NCBI GenBank assembly: GCA_963823555.1
Contig: CAWGMA010000001.1
Coordinates: forward strand, 448,001 to 512,000
DNA from: Candidatus Eiseniibacteriota bacterium
GTDB lineage: Bacteria > Eisenbacteria > RBG-16-71-46 > CAVPCR01
Length of the DNA: 64,000 nucleotides
Direction: 5' to 3'
Shown: positions 41,595 to 51,662 of the stretch, piece by piece
Layout: every line of letters starts with the position of its first letter
How positions within the stretch are numbered: position 1 is the first letter of the stretch
Notes under the pieces: model-generated
Seen by the model: the letters and a program-made list of their open reading frames with translations, nothing else
The model's database searches: none
Told to the model about the DNA's origin: nothing
Position numbers and translations under genes: made by a program

Positions 41595-41712
41595 GCAGGG
41601 CCGGGGCCGGGCGCCCTCGATCGGGGTGCCCGGTCCCGAGGCCCATCCGGGGCCCGCGGCCGCCCCCGCGGCCGCTGCAAGCCTGCTAAGTTCAAGTCAT
41701 ATCAACCATTAG

Positions 41713-41742
41713 TTGACAGCCGCGGGGCTTCTCTGCTATATT
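41713..41742 (+). promoter_or_regulatory. Sigma70-type promoter upstream of the C25 protease array
   Basis: TTGACA (41713-41718), 18 bp, TATATT (41737-41742) with an extended TG. Confidence 0.65.
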
Positions 41743-42023
41743 TCCGCAGTCGCCCTACTCTTGGACCGTCGGCTCCGCCGCCGGCGACCGCCGCGCACAA
41801 CGCCCCGACCCAACCGAGGTGGCATCCACAGTCCTTGCTACTCCCGCGCCCGTTGCCTGATCTCGACCGATCCATTCCAACATCCTAGGGCTTGCGCGGA
41901 TCCGTTCGCGAGCGGGCTTCGTGGTTGATTCCGTTCAGATTCGTGAACCGAGTGCGTCATGCCTTGCCGGGGATCCCGCCAAGGTGAACGCCATTCATCG
42001 AAGCGCGAGGAGGTCCGGCGGCG

Positions 42024-45000
42024 ATGCGAGGTCGAATGATCGGAACGATGCGTTCTCCGGGGCCGCGGGGAGCCATGACGATTGCGTTCCTGAGCGCGGC
42101 CCTGAGTTGGATTCTCGTCGGGCAGGCCGGCGCCGCGCCCTTCGCCGCGGTGGCCGAGGGCGACGGCTACATCGTTCGCTTCTCTCCCTCCGATCTCAAG
42201 CTCGAGCCGTCCGCTGACGGCACGCGCGTGAGCTTTGGCGATATCATCGGGACGGCCGATGCGCCCGGTGGACCGGGACTCCCCATCGTTCCTGTCGTGC
42301 TCGAGATCCCGGTCACGGAGACCGCCACCGGCGTCGAGGTGATCGCCGTCGAGGAGCAGGTCGTGGCCACTCATCTCGACGTGGCTGCCGCCGAGAAGCC
42401 CGCCTGGGGCGAGACGGTCTATCCATCGCCGGCCCGCAACGCGGAGCTCTACGCCGCGGAGCCGCTGCCGGCGTCGTGGGTCCGCGTCGCCGGGGAAGGC
42501 TTCGCCCGCGGCCACCGCCTGGTCACGGTCCACATCGCCCCGGCCCGCTACGCGCCGAAGACCGGCGAACTCCGGTTCGCGGAGGTCGTTCGCTTCCGTC
42601 TCCAGACCGCCCCGGCCACGGATCGCCCGCGGGAGCAGCGGCGGACCGCTTCCGAGATCGAGGATCGCTTCACCGCGACGCTCGATCGCGCCCTCGGCCG
42701 CACTCCCGCTCCGGTGCTGGCGCGCGCTCTGCCCGCGGCGCCGACTCCGCTCCGGATCACCTTCCCGCCGTCGGTCGATGGCTCCCCGGTGCCCTACGTC
42801 ATCATCACCAGCGAGGCGATGGCTCCCGCCTTCCAGACGCTCGCCGACTGGAAGATGAGGAAGGGACTTCCCGGCAGCGACAATGTGGGGCCCGGCGGCG
42901 CGGCGGTGGTGACGACGGAGTGGATCGACGCCAACTATCCGAACGGCGCCGATCGCGCCGAGCAGGTTCGTTTCTTCCTCGAGGATGCCTATTCGGTGTG
43001 GGGAACGCTCTGGGTCCTGATCGGGGCTGACACCGAGATCGTTCCCACACGCTATGTCTACTCCGACCTCTTCGTCTTGCCCGATGAACCGTCCAAGGTT
43101 CTCCCGACCGATCTCTACTATGCCTGTCTCGACGGCAACTGGAACGCGGACAAGGACGACCGCGTGGGCGAGGCCCTGGTCGATGGGGTGGACCTGATGC
43201 CCGAGCTCTTCGTCGGGCGGGCGCCGGTGACGAACCTCGCCGAGGCTCAGGCCTACGTGCAGAAGACGCTCGACTACGAGCGCACGCCCCCGGTGAGCGC
43301 GCGCTATCCGGCCTCCGTTGTGTTCCTGGCCGAGGATCTCGGCGCCACCGACGGCGCCGCGATCGCCGAGGAGGCCTACGCCCAGGTCCATTCCTGGATG
43401 GGGCGCGTGCGCATGTACGAGAACCATGCGAGCTACCCGGGTGCGATCCCGCTCACCAAGGCCGCTGCTCTCGACTCGATCAATGCCGGCTTCGGCTGGG
43501 TGCATCATGTGGGACACGGCTTCCGCAACACGATGTCGGTGGGACCGACCGGGCAGATCAGCAACCAGGATGTCGACGGACTCACGAACGGCGGCCGGCA
43601 GTCGTTCATCTTCGCCATCAACTGCAGCTCGGCCTCGATCGACTTCAATTCGATCGGGGAGCGCTGGCTCAAGAACGCGCTCGGGGGTGGGGCCGGCTAC
43701 GTGGGGACCACCCGGATCGCCTATCCTCAGGTGTCGCGGCGCTACCAGAACGAGTTCTACCGCCTGGCGTTCGCGGATTCGGTCGACACCGCGGGCGAGT
43801 GCCTGTTCATGTCCCGCCTGCCGTGGGTCGCCGGCTCCGAGTCGGACAACCCGGATCGCTGGACCCAGTTCGCCCTCATTCTCCTCGGGGATCCCGATCT
43901 GCCCCTGTGGACGAACCGGCCCCAGCAGCTCGCCGGCCAGCATCTGGCGGCCATGACCCTCGGCACCGGTAGCTTCACGACGACCGTGAACGCGGGCGGG
44001 GCCCCGGTCAACGCAGCCCGGGTCACGTTGTGGGCGGAGGGCGAGGACTACAAGAGCGGGCTCACGGGGACCGGCGGTGATGTCACCTTGCCCTTCGACC
44101 CGGAGACGACGGGCCAGTTCCTGATCACGGCCACCCGCCGCAACTATCTACCCTATCAGGGGACGGCGACCGTGAACGCCTCGGCAACGCCATTCCTCTT
44201 CGTCGACGGCGTCGAGGTCGATGACGACAACGCGGGGGGATCGGTCGGGAACGGGGATGGGCTCACCAATCCCGGGGAGACTGTCTGGCTCCGTGCGGCG
44301 CTTCGCAACACCGGACTCTCGCCGGCCACGGGGATCACCGCCACGCTGGTCTGCGAGAACGGCGCCGAGTACGTTGATATCTTCACCATCACGGTCACCT
44401 ACGCCAACATTCCGGCGGGTGGCGTGGCGAGCGGTCAGGCGCATGTGGTTCGCATCAAGACGTCGGCCCCGATCGGATTCCTGCCGCGCTTCCGCATCGA
44501 CATCGTCGCCAACGAGGGCACGTGGTCGGACGTCTTCGTGCTCCCGGTCTACGCCGTGGCCATGGACCAGTACGCACATCTGTGGACGGACCCGGCGCCG
44601 GGCGGCAATGGGAACGGGGTCGTCGAGCCCGGGGAGAGCGTGAGCTATGCGGTCGAGCTCCGGAACTCGGGTATCGGGCAGGGGGTCGGGGTCGAGGGAT
44701 GGCTGCGTGTCCTGAACAAGCTCACGGGTCTGCCCGACCCGCAGGTCACGGTGAGCGACAACTTCCATGCCTACGGCACCATGAACCCCGGCGAGCGCCG
44801 GAGCGGCGGCTTCGCGTTCAGCCTGAGTCCGACGGCCGTCCCGGCGAACCTGCGCCTCGAGCTCACGGTGGAGGACAACTACGACACGCTCACCGTCGAG
44901 CGCAGCGATCTCCAGATTCCTGGCGCCGTGGATAGCCTGCGTGCAATCGGATCCACGAGCACGATTCGCATCCTGTGGGAGCGGCCGAGCGACCCTGATC

Positions 45001-46856
45001 TCTATGGCTTCGACGTCTACCGGTCGATCGCCCCTGGTGGGCCGTTCGTGCGCATCAACTCGACGACGGTGGTCGGCATGTCCTTCTATGAGGACTTCCC
45101 CCTGTCGCCGCTCTCGCGCTACTACTATCGAGTGGCCGCGCGCGACTCCTCCTTCAACACCGGGGTGCAGTCGGAGGTGGTGTCGGTATCGACGAACCCG
45201 CCGCTCACCGTGGGCTGGCCGATCGAGATGAGTCAGGTCACGACCGCGGGCGCGCAGGTGTACGACTTCGACCGCGATGGCCGGGCCGAACTGGTGACCG
45301 GGTCGGACTACATCTACGCCTGGCGTGTGGACGGCCTCGAGGTGCGGGACGGCGATAACGACCCGCGCACATCGGGACCCTTCACCACCTGGGGCTACGA
45401 TCGGATCGCCGGCTTCCGCGGCGATCCGGCGATCGCCGATCTCAACCGCGATGGCTCCTTCGAGATCATCTTCGCCGGCTGGGGAGCCGATGCCGGTGAA
45501 GGCAAGCTCCACGTGCTCGCACCCGACGGCAGCCAGCGACCGGGCTGGCCGCGCACCTTCGGCTTTCCCTTCAACTGGGGCTCGGCGGTCGTCGGCCAGA
45601 TCGATGCCGACAATTCGCTCGAGGTCGTCACCATGCAGGGCCAGAACGGTGTCCTCTATGCGTTCAACCATGACGGGACCGAGCTCCTGAACGGAGACAA
45701 CAACCCATCGACGATCGGGCCCTTCTTTCTGACTGGCACCACTTTCGCCTACGGCGGGCCGGCGCTCGGCAACTTCGACGCGGATGCCCTCGACGAGATC
45801 GTGTTCGGGGTCAACTCGGCGAACGGCCGAGTCTATGTGCTCGACGGCAACGGGACGCTCCTCCCGGGCTGGCCCCGGGACACCGGCGGCCAGATCACGT
45901 CGACGCCCGCGGTGGCCGACCTCGACGGGGACGGCCGGGACGAGATCGTGATCGCCGCCGAGGACGATTCGGTCTATGTCTACCGTCATGACGGCAGCCG
46001 CTACACGGGATGGCCGCGGTGGGCGAAGGTCTTCACACCGACTTCGCGCACCTCATCACCGATCGTCGTCGACCTCGACCGCAACGGCCAGCTCGACATC
46101 CTCTTCGCGGCCAACGACGGTCGCCTCCACGCCTGGCGGCGAGACGGCACGGTTCTCCCCGGGTGGTCGAACGTCCTCTTCGCCCAGGATGCGCTCGACG
46201 CGGACGCGACCCAGTCGACGCCTACCGTGGGTGATGTCGACGGCGACAGTCAGTTCGAGGTGCTCCTCGGCGGCGAGGACGGCCGGCTCTACGGGTGGAA
46301 CCACGACGGCACCGAGCTCGCCGGGTTCCCCATCCTCCTCGAGGGCGAGGTGCGGTCGAGTGCCACGATCACCGACTTCGATGGCGACGGGCTCGTCGAG
46401 ATCGTGGTCCCGGGATACGACCAGAAGGTCTATGTGTGGGACATGGCGGGGACCTACGATCCCGCGCTCGTGCCCTGGGGAACCTTCCGCCACGACCTTC
46501 GCAACACGGGCAACGCCGGGACCTCGACCCAGATCGGCATCGACGATCCGGCGGCGGCGGCCGAGTTCGTGAGCTTCAAGCTGTGGCCCGCGCGCCCGAA
46601 CCCGTTCAATCCCTCGACCGAGATCACGCTCGACGTGCCGGCGTTGCCGGCGGATTCGCGAGTGGCGATCCGCATCTACGATGTGAGCGGGCGGCTCGCG
46701 CGCTCCCTTCTCGAAGCGCCCCTCGCGGCCGGACGCCATCGGTTCGTGTGGGATGGACGGGATGGTGAGGGTCAGGCGCTGCCCTCGGGGGTCTACTTCC
46801 TCCGCGCGGATGGTCCCGGTTTCGACGCCGTGCGCAAGCTCGTACTCATGAAGTGA
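42024..46856 (+). CDS. C25 (gingipain-family) cysteine peptidase, copy 1: propeptide, C25, Ig-like, FN3, FG-GAP/VCBS propeller, FlgD-Ig CTD
   Basis: LADWKMRKG, LIGADTEIVP, DLYYACLDGNW, VGRAP, HHVGHG, INCSS, LLGDP; D.DGDG..EIV repeats; PNPFNP..KLVLMK. Confidence 0.88.
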   Translation: MRGRMIGTMRSPGPRGAMTIAFLSAALSWILVGQAGAAPFAAVAEGDGYIVRFSPSDLKLEPSADGTRVSFGDIIGTADAPGGPGLPIVPVVLEIPVTETATGVEVIAVEEQVVATHLDVAAAEKPAWGETVYPSPARNAELYAAEPLPASWVRVAGEGFARGHRLVTVHIAPARYAPKTGELRFAEVVRFRLQTAPATDRPREQRRTASEIEDRFTATLDRALGRTPAPVLARALPAAPTPLRITFPPSVDGSPVPYVIITSEAMAPAFQTLADWKMRKGLPGSDNVGPGGAAVVTTEWIDANYPNGADRAEQVRFFLEDAYSVWGTLWVLIGADTEIVPTRYVYSDLFVLPDEPSKVLPTDLYYACLDGNWNADKDDRVGEALVDGVDLMPELFVGRAPVTNLAEAQAYVQKTLDYERTPPVSARYPASVVFLAEDLGATDGAAIAEEAYAQVHSWMGRVRMYENHASYPGAIPLTKAAALDSINAGFGWVHHVGHGFRNTMSVGPTGQISNQDVDGLTNGGRQSFIFAINCSSASIDFNSIGERWLKNALGGGAGYVGTTRIAYPQVSRRYQNEFYRLAFADSVDTAGECLFMSRLPWVAGSESDNPDRWTQFALILLGDPDLPLWTNRPQQLAGQHLAAMTLGTGSFTTTVNAGGAPVNAARVTLWAEGEDYKSGLTGTGGDVTLPFDPETTGQFLITATRRNYLPYQGTATVNASATPFLFVDGVEVDDDNAGGSVGNGDGLTNPGETVWLRAALRNTGLSPATGITATLVCENGAEYVDIFTITVTYANIPAGGVASGQAHVVRIKTSAPIGFLPRFRIDIVANEGTWSDVFVLPVYAVAMDQYAHLWTDPAPGGNGNGVVEPGESVSYAVELRNSGIGQGVGVEGWLRVLNKLTGLPDPQVTVSDNFHAYGTMNPGERRSGGFAFSLSPTAVPANLRLELTVEDNYDTLTVERSDLQIPGAVDSLRAIGSTSTIRILWERPSDPDLYGFDVYRSIAPGGPFVRINSTTVVGMSFYEDFPLSPLSRYYYRVAARDSSFNTGVQSEVVSVSTNPPLTVGWPIEMSQVTTAGAQVYDFDRDGRAELVTGSDYIYAWRVDGLEVRDGDNDPRTSGPFTTWGYDRIAGFRGDPAIADLNRDGSFEIIFAGWGADAGEGKLHVLAPDGSQRPGWPRTFGFPFNWGSAVVGQIDADNSLEVVTMQGQNGVLYAFNHDGTELLNGDNNPSTIGPFFLTGTTFAYGGPALGNFDADALDEIVFGVNSANGRVYVLDGNGTLLPGWPRDTGGQITSTPAVADLDGDGRDEIVIAAEDDSVYVYRHDGSRYTGWPRWAKVFTPTSRTSSPIVVDLDRNGQLDILFAANDGRLHAWRRDGTVLPGWSNVLFAQDALDADATQSTPTVGDVDGDSQFEVLLGGEDGRLYGWNHDGTELAGFPILLEGEVRSSATITDFDGDGLVEIVVPGYDQKVYVWDMAGTYDPALVPWGTFRHDLRNTGNAGTSTQIGIDDPAAAAEFVSFKLWPARPNPFNPSTEITLDVPALPADSRVAIRIYDVSGRLARSLLEAPLAAGRHRFVWDGRDGEGQALPSGVYFLRADGPGFDAVRKLVLMK

Positions 46857-46863
46857 TGCGGCA

Positions 46864-49800
46864 ATGATGCAATCACCAGGCAAGCTAGCGTTCGCGATCC
46901 TCCTGTTCGCGCTGTCTGCGGCACCCGTGCGCGGCCAGACCCTGCAGGTTGGCGTTGATCTGGGTGCCGGGCCGTGGGAGCTTGCCGGTGACGCGGCCGG
47001 GGTGACCCTGACCCCGCATCCGGCCTCCTGGCCCACCGAAAACGGCGGCATAGCGCAGATCATGATTGGAGAAGACGGACTGCCGCTCCTGGTCCTCGAG
47101 GTTCCGGTGAGCCCGGCGGCGCAATCGATCGCGGCGCAGGTGGCGGCATCGACCGCTGCGCCGCCGATCCCGCTCGCCGGCCCGCTCCTGATACCCGCGA
47201 TGGAGGCCTCGGGCGAGGGCTCGCCGCAAGCGCGCCCGGCGCGCCCCGCAGCCCCGGCCCGGGTCCCGGCCGTCCTTGCCGCCAAGCTCTCCCGGGCGCG
47301 GGATCGGGCCACCGCACAGGTCGTGGCGCGGGTCGCCGGGTTCGACGGCACGCATCTGCTTCCGCTGAGCCGGCTCACCATCGAAGTGACCGTCGATCTC
47401 GGTCGCGACCCGCGTGCCGACCATCGCTCCGAGCCGGACCTCGAGGCGCGCTTTGCCCGGGCGCACGGTGACCTTGCCGTGACCAGCGCAGCTCCGCCGC
47501 TGCGTGTGGATCCCGTGTTCGCTCCAGCGCTCGAGCCAACGCTCGATGGCAGCCCGATCGAGGTCGTCATCGTGACCAGCGAAGCGCTGCGCCCGGAGTT
47601 CGAGCGCCTGGCTCACTACCGTACGAGCTTCGGGCACCGGGCCGTGGTGCGCACGGTCGAGTGGATCGAGTCCGAGTACGCCGGGGCGCCGCATTCCGAT
47701 CTGGCAGCGCGGATCCGTGCTTTCATCGCGGATGCCCGTGCTCGCTGGGGCACGATGTGGGTGCTGCTCGGCGGTGATACCGACATCATCCCGGCGCGCT
47801 ACGCCGTGTCGCGCTACTTCGTCAGCGATTACGAGCTGATCCCCGCCGATCTCTACTATGCGGCTCTCGATGGCGACTGGAATGCCGACGGCGATGCCTT
47901 GATCGGTGAGGCTCCGGGAGGCGAGGGCGATCCCGGGGACGATGTCGATCTGGTGCCCGATGTGTTCCTCGGGCGGGCGCCGGTTTCGACGGCGGCGGAA
48001 GCGCGGCAGTTCGTCGAGCGCCAGATCTCCTACGAGGAGGGTGCAGGCGCCGCCGAGGACTACCCGGCCTCCGTGCTCTTCCTGGCGGAGGTCCTGTTCG
48101 AGTCCCTCGATGGGGCGGAGATCGCCGAGGACACTCGGCAGCACCTGCCCCCGGACGTGTCGGCTACTCGCCTCTACGAGAACACCGCGGCCTATCCGGG
48201 ATCCGAGCCGGAGACCCCGGCCTCGGTGCTCGCCGCCCTCGAGCACGGGTACGGGGTTGTCGAGCACGTGGGTCACGGGTTCCGCAACACGCTCTCCGTG
48301 GGCCCCGGTTCCATCAACAACGCCGACATCGATGGCCTGGGCAACCGGCCGCGGCTGCCCGTGTTCGTCGCGCTCAACTGCACATCGGCGGCCATCGATT
48401 TCAACTCGATCGGCGAGCGGTTGGTCAAGAACCCCGCCGGCGGGGCCATCGCCTATGTCGGGTCCTCGCGCTATGCCTTCCCCGGTCATGCTCGTCTCTA
48501 TCAGGAGGCCTTCTTCCGATCTGCCTTCACCGACAGCCTGCGCACGGTCGGTGAGGTGTTGCAGCGCACGCGGAGCTTGCTCGCCCCGCTTGCCGTGATC
48601 GAGGGGGCGCACCGCTGGACCCAGTTCGCGCTCACGGTGGTCGGGGACCCGATGACGCCGCTGTTCACCCGGCGTCCCGAGCCTCTGGTCCTGCATCACG
48701 ATCCATCGATCGCGCCGGGGACCGAGACGATGGCCATCCAGGTCACGGCCGGCGGCGCGCCGATCGCGGATGCCCCGGTCGCCCTCCTGGGGGCCGACGG
48801 CAGCCTGGCCACCGCGGGAACCGACGCGGCAGGTCTCGTCATGCTCCCGGTCCCGGTGGGGGCCCGGGGTCCCTTCATGGTGGCCGCCAGCTTCCCGGAT
48901 CGCTGGCCCTCGCGTTCGGGGCTGGCGGTCGTCGGAAACGGGGGCTCGTACCTCGTGGTGCGCGATCTCACGGTCGATGACCGAGCCGACGGCGACGGCG
49001 ACGGGAGCGCCGAACCGGGCGAGACCGTGGGTCTCGGGATCACGGTCGAGAATGCCGGCGGGGAAGTGTCATCGGCAGGAGAGGCGCGGATCGCGCTCAG
49101 CTCCGGACCCGGCGCCATGATCGATGGGCAGGCGGCGTTGCCATCTCTCGCGCCCGGTGCCTCGGCCGCCATCGGGTCCTTCAGCCTGGCCGTGGATCGT
49201 GGGGCCGCGGACGGGGACATCCTGGCGCTCGAGATCATCATCGAGGCGGGCCCCGAACGGCGATCGGTGCGTCGCGTGCTGGCGGTGGGCGGGCCGCGGC
49301 TCCGCCTGGCCGGGCACGTGATCGATGGCAACGGGGAAGTGGATCCCAACGAGACCGTGCGCTACTCGCTCCTCCTCACCAACGACGGCGGGGGCCCGGC
49401 ACGGGCCGTGACCGCCGCGGCGCGCGTCCTCGATATCGCGACCGGGGAGCCCGCGGCCGGCGTCACGCTTCTCGATGGTCGCTCGCGCTTCGGCGATCTC
49501 CGGCCGGAGGAGACGACCGCCGGAGATCCCTTCGTTTTCGCGCTCGGTTCCGCGGTCGATCCCGATTCCCTTCATCTCGAGGTGCGGGTGACGACGGCGC
49601 TCGGCGCGGAACCAGCTCGTCTCCTCGATTTCGTGCCCCCGGGGCCGCCGACCGCGCTCCGCACCCGTGGCTCGGAGCGCGCCGTGCTCGTGAGCTGGAC
49701 TGCGCCCCCGGACAGCGACCTCGCTGGCTACGAGGTCGAACGGGCGGAGGATGGTGGCGGGCCGTTCGTTCTCGTGACGCCGCGCCCGGTGGCGCAATCC

Positions 49801-51609
49801 TCGTTCACCGATCGCGCGCTCCCCGAACTCGCCACCTTGACCTACCGGGTGGCGGCCGTCGATTCATCCGGCAATCGCAGCGTGGTGTCGGCCACCGTCG
49901 AGGGCACGACCAATCCGGGGCTCCATCCGGGATGGCCGGTGGTCATGGGCAGCGAGACGCCGTCCTCGCCGGTCCTTGCCGATCTCGACGGCGATGGCGC
50001 CGATGAGATCGTGACCGGAGCCGATGCGTTGTATGCCTGGCACGGCGATGCCACGGAGCTCCGCAATGGTGACAATGATGTGCTCACGAGCGGCGTTTTC
50101 ACCACCGACGGCATTGTTGCGGGGTCTCGCGGGTTTCACGCGGTGCCGGCGATCGCCGATCTCGATGGCGATGGCGAGCTCGACCTTATCGGCGTGGCCT
50201 GGGAGGCGGCCCAGGTGTTTGCGTGGAGGACGGACGGCTCGCTGCTTCCGGGTTGGCCGCAGAGTCTGGGCCGGGCGCCCAACTGGGGGTCGGCGGCGGT
50301 CGGTGATCTCGACGGCGACTCGGATCTCGAGGTGACCGTGCTCGGCGGTGGCGATGGTCAGGTCTATGCCTGGCACCACGACGGGAGCGAGGTGGCCGAT
50401 GGTGACGGGAACCCCGAAACGCACGGCGTCTTGCTCTCGACCGGGGACCGGTTCAGCTTCGGCACGCCGGCGCTTGCCGATCTGGACGGCAATCCTGGGC
50501 TCGAGATCGTGATCGGCATCGACATCTACCCGTTCACCGGGGGGGTCGGAGGATTGCATGCCCTGACGGCGACCGGTGCCGAGGTGCCCGGATTCCCGCG
50601 CTTCCTCGGGAGCAAGATCTCCGCTTCGCCCGCCATCGGCGATCTCGACGGCGATGGCACACTCGAGATCGTGATCGCGGTCGAGGATGACTCGCTCCGC
50701 GTGCTGGAAGCCGATGGTTCGCCGAGGCCCGGCTGGCCGCAGTGGGCTTTCATCAGGAACGCCCCGGCGCGCACTTCTTCGCCCGTCTTGGCGGATCTCG
50801 ACGGCGATGGACGACTCGAGATCGTGTTCGCCGAGAACTCGGGAGCAGCCTCCCATGTCGCGCATCTCAGGGTCTTTCGCGACGATGGCTCCGTGTTCCC
50901 GGGATTCGAGAACGTGACTTTTGCCACCGACCCCGAGGCGGTGAATGCGGGCGCCACGCAGTCGACGCCGGTCATCGGGGATGTCGACGGTGATACCCGC
51001 TTCGAGATCCTGCTCGGGGCCGAGGACGGGCGGCTCTATGGCTGGCATGACGACGGCAGTGTGGCCGGGGGGTTCCCGATCCAGACCGAAGGTGAGATCC
51101 GGGGGGCGGCGGCCCTCGGCGATGTCGACGGGGACGGCCTGCTCGAACTGGTGGTCGCCGGCTGGGACAAGAATCTCTATGTCTGGGATCTCGCCGGAGA
51201 GGCGCTCCCGGATCGGGTGCCCTGGCCCTTCTTCCATCGCGATGTGCGAAACAGCGGAAACGTCACGTTACCCATGCCGCGCGCCACGGAAGGAGGGAGT
51301 CGGGATCTGGATCCCGACGCAGCATTCCATCGTGGACCGCAGTTATTCGCTCCAGAGCCGACGCCGGCCAATCCGGCGACCGAGATCCGCTTCTTGCTGC
51401 CGGAAGGCGGTCCGACCCGGGTCGTCCTCTATGGCGTGGACGGCCGCGCCGTCCGCCGCTTGCATGCCGGTCCCCTGGCTCGTGGCGAGCACCGGATGCG
51501 CTGGGACGGCCGTACCGATTCCGGCGCGCCGGCCCCTTCAGGTGTTTACTGGATCCATCTTGCTGCGCCCGGAGGAGAAGCGACGACCCGTATCGTCGTG
51601 ATCCGCTGA
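46864..51609 (+). CDS. C25 cysteine peptidase, copy 2 (divergent N-terminal propeptide)
   Basis: LLGGDTDIIP, EHVGHG, LNCTS, VGDP; FG-GAP repeats; degenerate CTD PTPANP..RIVVIR. Confidence 0.86.
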   Translation: MMQSPGKLAFAILLFALSAAPVRGQTLQVGVDLGAGPWELAGDAAGVTLTPHPASWPTENGGIAQIMIGEDGLPLLVLEVPVSPAAQSIAAQVAASTAAPPIPLAGPLLIPAMEASGEGSPQARPARPAAPARVPAVLAAKLSRARDRATAQVVARVAGFDGTHLLPLSRLTIEVTVDLGRDPRADHRSEPDLEARFARAHGDLAVTSAAPPLRVDPVFAPALEPTLDGSPIEVVIVTSEALRPEFERLAHYRTSFGHRAVVRTVEWIESEYAGAPHSDLAARIRAFIADARARWGTMWVLLGGDTDIIPARYAVSRYFVSDYELIPADLYYAALDGDWNADGDALIGEAPGGEGDPGDDVDLVPDVFLGRAPVSTAAEARQFVERQISYEEGAGAAEDYPASVLFLAEVLFESLDGAEIAEDTRQHLPPDVSATRLYENTAAYPGSEPETPASVLAALEHGYGVVEHVGHGFRNTLSVGPGSINNADIDGLGNRPRLPVFVALNCTSAAIDFNSIGERLVKNPAGGAIAYVGSSRYAFPGHARLYQEAFFRSAFTDSLRTVGEVLQRTRSLLAPLAVIEGAHRWTQFALTVVGDPMTPLFTRRPEPLVLHHDPSIAPGTETMAIQVTAGGAPIADAPVALLGADGSLATAGTDAAGLVMLPVPVGARGPFMVAASFPDRWPSRSGLAVVGNGGSYLVVRDLTVDDRADGDGDGSAEPGETVGLGITVENAGGEVSSAGEARIALSSGPGAMIDGQAALPSLAPGASAAIGSFSLAVDRGAADGDILALEIIIEAGPERRSVRRVLAVGGPRLRLAGHVIDGNGEVDPNETVRYSLLLTNDGGGPARAVTAAARVLDIATGEPAAGVTLLDGRSRFGDLRPEETTAGDPFVFALGSAVDPDSLHLEVRVTTALGAEPARLLDFVPPGPPTALRTRGSERAVLVSWTAPPDSDLAGYEVERAEDGGGPFVLVTPRPVAQSSFTDRALPELATLTYRVAAVDSSGNRSVVSATVEGTTNPGLHPGWPVVMGSETPSSPVLADLDGDGADEIVTGADALYAWHGDATELRNGDNDVLTSGVFTTDGIVAGSRGFHAVPAIADLDGDGELDLIGVAWEAAQVFAWRTDGSLLPGWPQSLGRAPNWGSAAVGDLDGDSDLEVTVLGGGDGQVYAWHHDGSEVADGDGNPETHGVLLSTGDRFSFGTPALADLDGNPGLEIVIGIDIYPFTGGVGGLHALTATGAEVPGFPRFLGSKISASPAIGDLDGDGTLEIVIAVEDDSLRVLEADGSPRPGWPQWAFIRNAPARTSSPVLADLDGDGRLEIVFAENSGAASHVAHLRVFRDDGSVFPGFENVTFATDPEAVNAGATQSTPVIGDVDGDTRFEILLGAEDGRLYGWHDDGSVAGGFPIQTEGEIRGAAALGDVDGDGLLELVVAGWDKNLYVWDLAGEALPDRVPWPFFHRDVRNSGNVTLPMPRATEGGSRDLDPDAAFHRGPQLFAPEPTPANPATEIRFLLPEGGPTRVVLYGVDGRAVRRLHAGPLARGEHRMRWDGRTDSGAPAPSGVYWIHLAAPGGEATTRIVVIR

Positions 51610-51662
51610 AGCGGAAGCAAGAGAGCTTGGATGATCGCTACTAGAGAGAGAACACGCGCGAG

